This document shows positions 13,209-25,296 of a stretch of 64,000 nt of DNA, piece after piece. The first letter of the stretch is position 1; the number at the start of each line of letters is the position of its first letter. The DNA is from Azolla caroliniana (lineage: Eukaryota; Plantae; Polypodiophyta): positions 10,168,001 through 10,232,000 of the forward strand of contig JBHGNT010000020.1 in assembly GCA_043228905.1 (NCBI GenBank), in the 5' to 3' direction. The translations under genes were made by a program, and so were the position numbers. Below the pieces are notes generated by a model that did no database searches, was not told the origin of the DNA, and was given only the letters and a program-made list of their open reading frames with translations.

Positions 13209-14597
13209 ACTCATGAGTCTCCCCTTTGAACTTTGTATGGCCATTAGCCATCACAATGTGAGCACAAGGACCTTGGTACACACCTTGATTAATTGTTACC
13301 CCCCTCAACTTTACACCGGGTCTCTATTGCTTAGCTTGACCTACTTTATCTTCGATACTTTTCATAGTGTGAACATGGTCTCCCTCCGAACTTCCCCATC
13401 AATTATTGCCTTAGACTTTGTAGTCTCAATGATTTATCTTTACATAGTGTATCTTGTCATTTTCTTTTGTTTTAGACAAGTACTAAGGGTGGACCCATTT
13501 GTCTCATTGGCTGAGTTTTGGACTCTCATAGATATAAAAGAAAATTTTATTCCTCTCTATTCACATTCTGTCAAGATAAAATGTAATATGTTGGGAGCAA
13601 AGACATGGATTGATGCATTGATCTTTAGAGACAAACAGTAATGCACTTTGCTCACAAATGTATATTTCATTCCTTTGGATGAGAAAACATCACGTTTTGT
13701 CCCGCCGGACAACTTGAGCATGGAATAGAATATCATTGTAGCCTAGTAGGGCATGGCATGGCAAGGCAAGACTTGATATTGAGAACATCTCTGAAAATGC
13801 AGTGTATAAAACCCGTCTCATTGTATACAAGTACATAGTTGAACTGGGCAATTTTGTTCAATTAAGGATCTAGCTAACTTCAAGATGTTAAATCTTTCAT
13901 TTTGCACTAGAACGTTTGAAGCCATGTTAACACCTGAAAAGAATTGTTTGTTTCTCTCTTGGGCCACATTTTCATGACTCATTTGAGCGTAATTTTGGTC
14001 ACCACTTATGCCTAATTTATACAGCTTCTCGTGAATGTGTCCTGCTCATAATTTCTCAATCATTTCAAGATAAGAATTTAACCACTTTTGAACAAGTATC
14101 ATCACAACTTTTACATCTCCCAAATAAAAACATAAAACATTAGGAGTTCAATCTCGTCTTTTCTTGTGCAACATGACATAACGTAACAGCACAAGCACAT
14201 AATTTTACATGCAGCATTATGGAATACATTCCCACAAAAAAAACAGGAACTTAAAAGTAAAACCTTGAAAAATAATTACACACAATATAACAAATGCTAA
14301 ACAAACCCCATATATATATGCTAAGATATTTCAAATACATTCTTTCTAAACAAGAATTATAAATCAAAATCCGTTTCTCCACATCAAACATGTTTTTGTC
14401 ATCAATTTCAATAAATCACTTAACATTTTGAGCTATACATCAATAATGATAAAGTGTTGTTATTCATACCAACCATGATGAAAATAATAATCTATACATA
14501 AAATGAAACTTTTCTACAATGTTGCATTTATAATAAATGAATATATGGAAAACTTATTTGCAAAACTAAAGAATTCAATCAAATAATTTGCAACTTT

Positions 14598-17500
14598 TTA
14601 ATTGGCAAATGCAGCAGCTTCTTGCAAGTTCTGCAATGCCTTATCGTAATTAACAAATCCCATGAACCAGAATTCATGATTGTCCACAGTCAAAATTTCA
14701 ATGTATTTCTCAGCAGCATTGTTGGGATTTGATGATGGATTTGCCGCCTGTAGACTATCCAACGGAACTACGACCTGGAAAAGAAATACTTCTCTACATA
14801 TATGTATGTGCGATTGGGTTGGACGTATGTGCATGTATGCATTGGATGTATGAACGGATGTGTCTGCATGGTTGGTTGGTTGGTTTGGTTGGAAGTGAAC
14901 ATGCATGTTGGACTCTAGTTCTAGTTACAATCACTATCCTTAACATGACCCAAACCATCAGAATGGATAATCACAGTTTCACATAATAAAAACCCCACAC
15001 ATCCAATTAACTTAATCCTAGGAATAATCACATAACAAATCTCTCACAAGAAATAACAATCGAGTGACAGTATGTATGGATGAGTGGACACCATTATTTG
15101 AAGTGTTTTCACATGGCTTACTGACCTTGGGTTTTTTATTTCTTGTTACATTTCTAGTCCAAATACAATTACAATTACGAGAGATGGGTGTCCCATTTTA
15201 TAAGAATAGAGAAGTATCGGAGCAAATAATCATATCATTGGGACAATATAAGTTTTACATTATAGTAACACCCTCATGTAGCAATATAAGTTGTTCCTAG
15301 ACATTTAATAATTAGTTATTAAATGTCTAAGAGCAACTTATATTGCTACATGAGGGCCTTACAGTTACAGTTATTACACAAGAAACTACTCAATTTAAAA
15401 TGTTTACCTTGTAGTAGATCGAAGCTGTTTGCCCAGACTCCTGTTGGTACGATAGTGGCCGATCGCTACAAAATGCAATCTTCTTTGTAGATATGTATAA
15501 AGTACCAGGAATTGGACCGGATGAGGTTGAAAGAAAGCATGCATAAGTCTTGCGGAGTTCCTCTTCTGGGAGTGTATCAAAATTTTGTTTAAAAACTTTG
15601 TCAAGTCCACCTTCTGTTAATAATTTTGTTCCTTGGCTTAACCTTCCCAATGCAGTCTCTGCCATGCTGGGACCTGTTTTAACTATAGAAAAAAAACACA
15701 AAAAAGATAAGTGAAATGTAAGCAATAGGTGAAGTCACCAAAATGCCCGTACTTGTTGCGCATTTACTAGAATATCACCTAAGTTTTCCAATTTTACCAA
15801 ATATACCCTCTCGAGTACAAATTTCGCTACTCCAGAGGGGTATTTTGGTAATCTTTGAAACTTTCTGAGTATTCCAATAAATAATCAACAAAATTTAGGG
15901 GATATTGTGTCCTAATTTGGAACATGGGGCTTGGCACAGTGGTTCAGGTTCAAGTCCTATAAACTATAGGTCGGGAGTTCGACTACCGACCCTGCAATAA
16001 AATGTTCCATTAAGAGAAAATACATAAATATATTAGCCAGATGCACAAATGTAAATATGCATATAAAGCCATTTTTGTGTTGATAAAAGAAGATATGCAC
16101 AATACTCAAGTAGGGAAAGACCCTCTTACGATGTTGCCAAACATTTCCAGCAGTCTCTTCAGCCTTCTTTGAAATCTCATCAACCTTTAATTTCCACTTG
16201 GAAGTATAATCGGTTATGATATCTATTGGACCTGACATGGAAATATATAAGATAATGTTTTGTTAGACATGTTTTGCTCTTATCCAATGTATGATAAATG
16301 TCGTTTGAGAAGTTTTTACTCTAAGATGGCCATTTGACTTCAGTCTCAAAACCATGCACCTTTCCTAGTCCATTTGACAACTTGTAGAGTATCACTGATA
16401 TGGAAGTAAGTCATACACTAATGACAGAGAGCATGCATAATAAGAAAATTGAAGAGAATGAAGGATGTAGAGTACAGGTAGTGCGCCATTTTGATAACCA
16501 CAAACCCTAGGTCTATGTCTATAACATGGCCATGGACAATATGGTTGGCCAAAGGTTGTACAATACCTTATGGCCCTACTTTAACCTAAATTAACTCCTA
16601 GTAAAGTAATTATGCATATACACACAATAACAGAACTCTCAGGTAACTCGATGGCATTTTATCGCATCCCACATGCATAGCTATGCCACAGTGGCTATGA
16701 TCATAGCTCATAACAAAAGGTTATAACAACCTGACTATGGAGAGAAGTGGTTTTCAACACCAATGGAAGATTACCTTCTCTCAGATGTATCAAAACGCTC
16801 AATATATCACAATCGAAAAGCACTTCTCTCAGACTCAGTCCAAGCTATCAATTGATCAACATTAACAACCCAAAATATTCAGTTCCCCTGGATTATAGTC
16901 ACGTTATTAACACATCAACCTAAATCCAACCTCCACTATTGCTGATTGCATCCAAGCTATCGATACATCCGCATCAAGGCAAGATTCACTTCATTTGACT
17001 TGCATTCAACCTATCTAGTGCCAATACATTAAAACTAACCTAACATTCAAGCGATCAAATTGAAAATCTAGAGTTTCCCACACCCTTTATGCTTCTTGAG
17101 ATTAATTTTGGAGAAGCCTTTCCAATGAATTCAAAGTCAACATCAAACTAAGCTTCACTGAATCTCTTGGATTGCATTCAAGCTATGCCAATACAGCAAC
17201 ATCAAAGCCACAATTCAATGCAATGCACCAAATCCAAATCTAACTTCCCACAGCCTACAAGGAGAATCAACATTCACATGGTCAACCACATAATTTCTCC
17301 GATCATATTCACATGAATCACTTAATGCCACAATCAAACATCGTGTATATTGAGTCTATCCTGTTGTTGCTCTCTCTTTTGCTTAATCAACATTAGGCAT
17401 ATTCTTAAGATTGTTATCATGTATGATCTGATCTGATCTATGATAGCAAGTTTCCCACACATCTTTTACTCTTTTCCCAATGTCAATTTCGCACGTCTCA

Positions 17501-18144
17501 TGATTAAACAAGCAATTAATATGAACTCAACCTAAATAGCTACAAATCGAATCACATGAAAACAAGATACGTAACTATTTATAGAAGCTTAGGAAATCAA
17601 TGTATAACGACACACTAAAACATACAACATCAATATACGATCACACAAAGAAAATCATATGAAATCAGCATGAGGTTACGCATAGAATATTATGAAATTA
17701 ACATATGGCTAAACATAGAATCATATGAAATCAAAATAGAAATTACACATAGAATCATATGAAATCAAAATGGAGCAACGCATATAGCATAGTTATATAT
17801 GTTGATTTCACATGATTCTATGTAGATGTGTATATGTAACATACGATCATGCAAATTCCCTAAACCCTAAAGCACCACCACATATATATATATATATATA
17901 TATGAGATGAACAAATGTCACACTTACTTTTCCCAGTGAAACCAGAGGCAGGGGAAGCAGTTATATAAGGATTTGCAGTAGCAGGGGGAGGGCAGGAGGC
18001 CGATTCATGTTGGCCGACACCCTGCCCAATGGAGGGATCCTCTGGCTTAGAAGGTGCTCCCCATTGCCCTGTTTCTGCATATGAAGATGAGGATGGGGGA
18101 TCTAATTGAGGATAAACAATGGGGTTCTGCTGGCTTGAGCTCAT
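14598..18144 (-). CDS. GRAM-domain GEM-like (GLABRA2 expression modulator / ABA-responsive) protein
   Basis: Phase-consistent exons 18144-17928, 16231-16130, 15682-15408, 14774-14598. Motifs NVWQHLKTGPS, GRLSQGTKLLTEGG, KTYACFLSTSSGPIPGTLYIST..IAFCSDRPL, YYKVVVPL, EKYIEILTVDNHEFWFMGFVNYDKA. Confidence 0.95.
15271..15356. repeat. Near-perfect 86-bp palindrome (tiny MITE-like hairpin) in a GEM-like intron
   Basis: CCCTCATGTAGCAATATAAGTTG...ACATTTAATAA pairs with TTATTAAATGT...CAACTTATATTGCTACATGAGGG. Confidence 0.85.
15735..15912. mobile_element. Degenerate Mutator-like MITE in a GEM-like intron
   Basis: Inverted core TTACCAAATATACCCTCTCGAGTA / TACTCCAGAGGGGTATTTTGGTAA, resembling the 19534-19662 element. 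Ends and TSD are not resolved. Confidence 0.55.
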
Positions 18145-18244
18145 CTCCTCTTCTTTTCTTTCTTTCTTCACTTGGAAGTTGGATAGGAAAGGGGGGGGCA
18201 GCTTCTGTCTGATTGTCAAACTTCGATCAGCAAATGATTGATCT

Positions 18245-18246
<2 letters not shown>

Positions 18247-18292
<46 letters not shown>
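18247..18292. repeat. (GA)n microsatellite upstream of the GEM-like ATG
   Basis: Direct inspection. Confidence 0.95.
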
Positions 18293-18296
<4 letters not shown>

Positions 18297-18511
18297 TCAG
18301 TGGAGACACCCCCCCTGTTCTAATTGTGTGCTTCTCAAGAATGGTCCCAAGGGCATTTCAGGAAATAAAGAAAACACAACTCCACACATACATATGTACT
18401 TAATTATAGCTTTAAAGATTAGACCAAAAAGGCCCACTACCTACCCTATCAGTACCTTATACTATGTGTCCATTTGGTTGAATAGAGTCTAGATCGTTTG
18501 TAGGGTCAAAG

Positions 18512-18752
18512 TCGAGGAATCGGCAATAGTTTGGTTTTGGCTTAACCGGTTTGGGCTTGTCAAAAACCAAACCCGATTAAGCCTAAACCGGTTTGGCCCA
18601 AATCGGTTCGCTTTGACTTGAGCCATCCCAAACTGAGCTCAGACCGTGTTAAGGAAGCTCGAGCCTTAACCGAATCGAACTGAACCACCAAACCGTTTGA
18701 AACGGTTCAACGGTCGAATTTTGGCTTGAGCCGAGCCGTTTGCTGATTCCTA
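18512..18752. mobile_element. hAT-like MITE
   Basis: TIRs AGGAATCGGCAA / TTGCTGATTCCT, AACCG/CGGTT-rich interior, 8-bp TSD GGTCAAAG / GGTCAAAT. Confidence 0.75.
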
Positions 18753-19533
18753 GGTCAAATACAGGTATTTTGCTCTTTACCAACATTTGGATAACTGTGG
18801 TCTAAGATAAGTTAATCGAGAGTAGTAAGGCAACCGTGATTTTGTCTGCTAACATGCATTGAAGCAATCCAAAAAAAAAATCCAACAATGAGAATTTCTA
18901 GAGCAATCTATCATTCAACCATTGGATATATCTTTGCACCCCGTATTGGGCATCAAAGACAAATTCATTTCATGTATGCCAAATATACCATAACCATGAA
19001 TATCTCAAGAAATGTTTAAACTCCAAATAACTTTTTTGTGAATTTCATACACGTAAAAGTGATTGATACCTTCCAAGATCTCGAGAAAAAGGTTAACATT
19101 TTGACTGAGGATGTTACAAAAAAGAAGAAGCAATGTTCCCTCATCAACTGAGATTCCCTTTCATGCATGAAACAACAGAGAGAAGAATAGCGATATTTAT
19201 GTATGTAAAAAAGGAGTAACGCAAACTAATATCTCAACCGGCAAGAGGTATTTTCGAATGGAAAGTGTTCCCCAAAAAATATCCGTTTGGCTTTATCAAA
19301 TCGGATTCGTTTTTTCATGAATGAAACAACACAAAAAAGCATTGCTACGAATCAAGTAGGAATTCTTTGAGCAATGTTTGATCGGACGCTGGTTCACCCT
19401 TCAAGACAGATTTGTGGCCAGACAATCTCAATAAAGAGAAAAACCAGAACATGCAGCTAGACAAATGAAGGCGAGCATTTTTTTGTTTTTTCACCCGAAA
19501 AGCGGCACCACCGATTTATAGAGGTATTATTAA

Positions 19534-19662
19534 GGGAAAAGTACCAGGATACCCTTGGAAGTTCCAAATTTACCAAACTACCCCTATGTCCAAAAAAATA
19601 CCCTTGGAAGTGTATTCTGGTAAATAGACGAACTTCCAGAGGGGTATCCTGGTACTTTTCCA
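19534..19662. mobile_element. Mutator-like MITE (129 bp)
   Basis: TIRs GGAAAAGTACCAGGATACCC..GGAAGTTC / GAACTTCC..GGGTATCCTGGTACTTTTCC. Perfect 9-bp TSD TATTATTAA at 19525-19533 and 19663-19671. Confidence 0.9.
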
Positions 19663-20133
19663 TATTATTAACTACCACATCACAAACGAAAAATGTGGTA
19701 ATGATGCCGATAGGCCGGTGATAGCTTTGGGGGGTATTTGGGTAAAATAATTGAAAGGTGAGACACGTAGGGGGGGGGGGTAATTTGTTTTATATATATC
19801 TAAAGAGGGGAGATAGAGGCTGCTATTCTTGGACATATTCTAAAAGGGGAAGGTAGATATAGAGATAGGGGTATTCCAGGAAATATGGAAAATTTGGAGG
19901 CCCCAGAGAGGCAGGGGAGGGGCATTTTGCGAGAAATATTCCAGAAACCTGAGGAACAGAGTAAATCTGATTGAATAGGCAGGCAGGCAGAGGCGCCCAT
20001 TTGAATCACCCCTCTTTGCATCTCCCTTCTCCCTCCCTCTCCCCTAATCAATCAATCAATCAATCAATCAATCTGCTGTCTCTCGCCGTCTTCCCCCCAA
20101 ATCCGTTCTTCTCTGCATCTTCTGTGTTGATCC

Positions 20134-23100
20134 ATGGACAAGACCAGGCGAGACGAGCAGGAGGCTTATGAGTACTCAGAGGATGTGAAGAGGAAGATCC
20201 ATCGCTTGAGTAAGACCCCACATCCATCCATCCATCATCATTCATCATCATCCATTATTAATCGGCACTTCAATGATTCCTCAAAATCATAAAAATCAAT
20301 AAACTTTAGCCTAAATAAGAAGAAGAAGAAGAAGCGGCAGATGGTGGCAAATGGTCATTTGTACATGTATATGTATATGCATACCATGAAGATAAATCTC
20401 AGTATTACCTGAACCCCAATGGGATGCTGTTTATCTTCTCTTTTTAATGACCAAATAAACATGCAGATTGGATCTTTTAATAGGAACAAAATGGAATAAT
20501 AATCACAAAGTAACGTAGAAATCTGATGGCAAGAAAGAACTTTAAAACAAAAATGGGCGATGGACTTAATCCTAAGGCAGAGCCAAGGAAGTTAAGACAA
20601 AACAAATTAACAGAAATGTGTGATGGTCGCAGAATGCTACATTAGATATGACCAAAATGATCTCCAAATGAGCAAAATGGGAGCAATAAACTATGCACAT
20701 TAATATTCGGAAAAGTACTTAATTTGTTTGATGTGTGTGAACGAAAAGATGTTCAATTTTTTGTTCAGGTCTGAGCAAGAGATTCTACCTAAGAGCTTCA
20801 CAAATCAAGGTTCAAAGAAACAATGGCGCGATTGTGGCTGCCAAGCTACGGAACCGACAACTTCGGGCCACATTGGCGGCGTTACGAGAGAAGGAGCGTA
20901 ATGCACTCGGAGCCAATGACCTTGTCCGAATGCAGAAACGTGTGGCGTGTCTCAAAGACCTCCATAATCGCCTCCTCGAGGAGGGGAAAACCAAAAGAAA
21001 GCTTGTAAGTGTTGCCATGCTACACAACTACACTCTTATCTTGTTCTCCTTGTTTTTTATATCCTTGTTGATACTTGTTTATTGACCATACTAGATAAAT
21101 TCGATGCCCCCTACAACATGTAACGATTGGTTTGTCGACAATACTTTTGCTTAGACATGTGCGCTCTCCATCGCTACTTCCTAGAATACAGTACACATTG
21201 GTTATATGTGACATGTCCTTGTTTTAGCTGATTTCAAGCTTGGTTCTACTGTTGATTTGACTTGTAGCATGAGTGGGAGTGATGGGGCTAAAGAAGTTGT
21301 GATTGTTCTTTGTTGATGAGCTTGCGTTGTTGTATTTGTTGTCCAACAACTTCTCCTCATATCACTTGAGTTCTAGCAAGAACAGCCCCAAGCACAGTTG
21401 GTTCTCATATTCCATTACTTTGTGTAGTGGACATAAAGCAATGGTTAAAGAGGCAATCATATCTCCCTCTTATTTAATGAAAAACAGTAAAAAAACATAG
21501 TGTTCTTCAGATTCCATTCGCTGATGACACAATCAGCAAATTCTTTCTTCTAGAGAGAGAAAGAGACAGATTTGACCAATGTGCATGGGTTAATAATAAA
21601 TACACTAAAGTGAGAAAGAAAGAGAGGTTTATATATATAACCCCATTTCTATTTTCTCTATTAGTTGGCAGAGTGTAAAACAGAGGCGGAGATGGCAGAA
21701 ATCGATGCTCAAGATGTACTGGATCAAAAGAGCCCACCTCTGTGCAAGTATAAGGAGCTTTCATCCCAAGTTCAAGAGTTGAAGTCTCAACTTAGAAAGG
21801 CTCGTGACATGGACTCGAAATATCAAAAAATGCTCAAGCCTATGCTCGATGAACGTACCATCTTCGATGCCAAAGTATGAATGACCATACAATTTGCATA
21901 ATTTTAGTGACATTATGTGTCTTGGAAATTCATAATCCTTTATCTTTATATATAGGGGTGTGCTATATGTGTGAAAGAATACATGCATGTGTCTGTATGT
22001 ATGTATTATGCACATGTCTCTGGCCATGTGTCTATAAGATTCATATTTTAATACTAAAATATAGGGCAGTGTATGTGTATGTAGATGTATGTATTATATA
22101 TCTCTCTTACAATATGTGTGTTTAAGATACATATATTAATATTTACATATTGGGGTCTGTATGCGTATGTATGTATGTATGTATGTATTTCTGTGTGTAT
22201 GTATGTCTATGTCTATATGTACATACGCATGTAATGTACATTCTACATGAGTGTATGTATGTAGGATAAAGGAATAACACATAGCATATTGATAATGTGA
22301 TTTAAACCATATTTCCTATTTATGTGCATAAAGGAGGATGTTATACACATCATGATTCACTGCACATTTATCTTATAATCGAATAGGTAGATACTATGGC
22401 AAGAAATGTTGCAAAGAAGCATCAAGAGTTTGATGAGCTCACGTTTATGTACCATGATGCGACACGAACACGCGAATTAGCTCGAGGAAAACTTCACCAA
22501 GTAGGTATGAGTCCCTTATAAAGGAAATAATGATGTATTGTGCTTATTGTCGCTGCATGTATGATTCTCATACTCTTTGAAAGAGGAATCAATCATTAGT
22601 GAGAACACGACAAACTCATCTCTTTTCTCTGAAAGGAATTCGGGACGAGTTAGGGTGGTTTCTTATCTCATCTCATGTCAAATAGTCTAAAAGTTTTCCA
22701 TAGGAAAATTATTCTTATTTCATAATCTAATTTTCTTTTCTATTCATGCATTATCTGAAAATATATTTGTTGAATGGTATAGTACTGACTATTTTTCTTG
22801 GCTACCAATATATAGCTTCTTAAGGAAAACTTCCCTCCTGGAGTTCGATACCATCTTCTCTTTGTAAAGGTTCTGATTTCTTACCTATAAGACATTCTGG
22901 TGACATAACCAATCAAAACTTTGCTAATGATATATAAATGGTGTGCACAAATTGAACTCACTTTAGTTAGGATTTGAGAGAGTTATCAGCAAATTGATTT
23001 GAATTTTGTGACCATATAGTCTAGCAAAAGCAAGAATAACAAAACTATACTTGAATTGGAGGAAGCTATAGCAAATATCACCACAAAGTTTCGAACGAAG

Positions 23101-24427
23101 AATATGAAGGAGCTCTACTTACACTTAATTGAAGAAGAAAGAAAAAAACTTTACATGAGCTATTATATTAATGAATTAAAGGAGATGGTGGAAAAGCTCA
23201 AGGATGGCTCTACATCTTCAAAGGTATTTACATATACGAGATTTATAATTGTTTGAGGTCATGTGATGCTCTTTATAATGTTTGGTTGTAAAAATGTGGC
23301 TTTACAAATCACTTTCCACTACTATTTCCCCTTAAGCAGGAATGATAAAAAACATATCAGACGCAATAATAAGATCATGACATGATGATATTCTGATACA
23401 AGAATAGAGGATTGGTTTCATTTTGAATTCTGTAAAGATGGTGAAATATAATCGTGTCACAAGAAACCAAATGTAACTGAAATGTTTCTTCTCTGATTTG
23501 ATTTCATAGAATTTGCATGAGAAAGTGATCAAATTAAGAAGGAAGATTTGCAAGCCATCGGACACTAAAAGAGAAGAGGCACAAACGGATGCCAAGACTT
23601 CTTGCAAGCCCAACAGTATTGCAAACAATACAGTTACAAAAGGTCATAGGGAAGTAGGTGTGAAACATAAGCTTTTCAAGATGGTCAAAGGATTACAAAA
23701 GCTTATTGATAAGATCCAAGAAGGAAGATTATACAATGTGAGCGGAAAGATTTGTGTAAAGTTATTCAAAATCTTTGGGTTCATTACTATTCTAAGTATT
23801 TTGTAATTGGCCTACATAGGAGAATCTAGTCCATCCAGAGTTTGCTTGTTTATATTGTCTCATGTAAAAACAGGGTCATTGTGTATGTGCATGCATGGAT
23901 GTATGTGTATGTCTGTGTGCATGCCAACTCTATAACTCAAACACATATGTTTATGTGTGCACATTCAATTATAAATGGATGGATGGTTATACATCAGGGA
24001 CATAAATGAATGTACATATACATGCATTTTCACTATATACATAACCTTGTATGTATATAAGTTTTTATCTTCTTACATTTCATGAAATTGACAGAGTGAG
24101 AATGAACAAGTAAAGAGAATGTTGTTGCAGCTTGAGCAAAAACTAGTCCAAATACTACAAGTAAATATATTCTATCCATTTAGCATAGTATTAGAATGTT
24201 AGAGTTTATGATCAATACAATATACTATTTTATAGTTAAATGTTGCAAGTAATTTGACGCATTTTACATTATAACATGACTAGGGAGTCCAACAATGGAA
24301 TGATGAAATGAAAGCTGAGAAGGCTAAGGAACATTATGCAAAATTTCATAGAACAAGCATAATGATACGAGAGAACTATGAGAAAAAACTTGGATCATCT
24401 CAAGATGATAAAAGTCCACGAACATGA
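20134..24427 (+). CDS. Coiled-coil protein resembling CCDC151/ODAD3 (outer dynein arm docking complex DC1 family)
   Basis: GT-AG exons 20134-20209, 20769-21004, 21665-21874, 22387-22500(or 22504), [possible small exons ~22584-22654 and ~22816-22869], 23020-23223, 23510-23737, 24095-24160, 24284-24427, open throughout. Motifs ERTIFDAK..KHQEFDELTFMYHDATRTRELAR, LEEAIANIT, YINELKEMVEKL, GLQKLIDKI, LLQLEQKLVQIL resemble, in order, the CCDC151/CCDC114 family as recalled (not searched). The gene is well supported; the family call is moderately supported. Confidence 0.65.
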
Positions 24428-25296
24428 GACATACATCAAGTTGATAGAAATGTTAATGTCAAGTAGGCTGGGACACGGGAACACTTTGTATACTGAAAAT
24501 AAATTGTGTACCATTACCGTGTCACTGCATGGAACGGAAAAATTTGTGAGGAAAGGAGTACTTTCATGAAACTATACTAGTTTGCAAAGAGTATTCTTGT
24601 GATAATTTTAGTAGTGGACATTTGTTTGTTACTAATGGTAAACTTTTTGTTAATATGTAAGTTAAACTTCAACATGTTCCATAATAACTATTTCTTGGTA
24701 TGTGTATGTGGGAAAAATCTTCCAGTATGACACAATCACATGTATGGGTTAATTTGAAATGTTAATCCTTGCTCCAAAGAAAGACTGTACTCTGTGCTAC
24801 TTTACATAAACATATTCAAAGGCTTCTTTAGCTTGTTCAACTACTCTTTACATCAAGAATTTTGGTCTCAAGAACCAAATAAGATTTCAAGCTACTTCCA
24901 GAATGAGTAATGTTTATACATGAGTTGAATCTTGTGGAACCTAGATTTTCCCATTTTTTTATGAAATGATATAAATTGTCATTTCATAATTTCCATGGAT
25001 CAAGTATTTGGAATCACGAACAGTGTGTTACTTATATGTGGATGCATGGTTGAACAATGCAAGTATTACATCCAGATTATCTGCAATGTGGGCAGAAAGT
25101 TTGACAGTATAGAAAACTTATGTTCTTTGGATCATATAGAGCACTCCAGGAACTGAGACTTCTTATCAAAGCCGAAGTATATCCAAGTAAAAATTATCTA
25201 CATGAGGCAGGAAAGCATTTTACTTCAGCATATATATTTCTTGAGAAACAAAGTTTCTCTTGACTAGTGTTACATAGCATTTTTTGGGTTTTCCTC

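Noticed and set aside
13213-13641. 142-aa ORF directly after ATPD
   Set aside because: It lies in the expected 3' UTR and has no recognisable domain.
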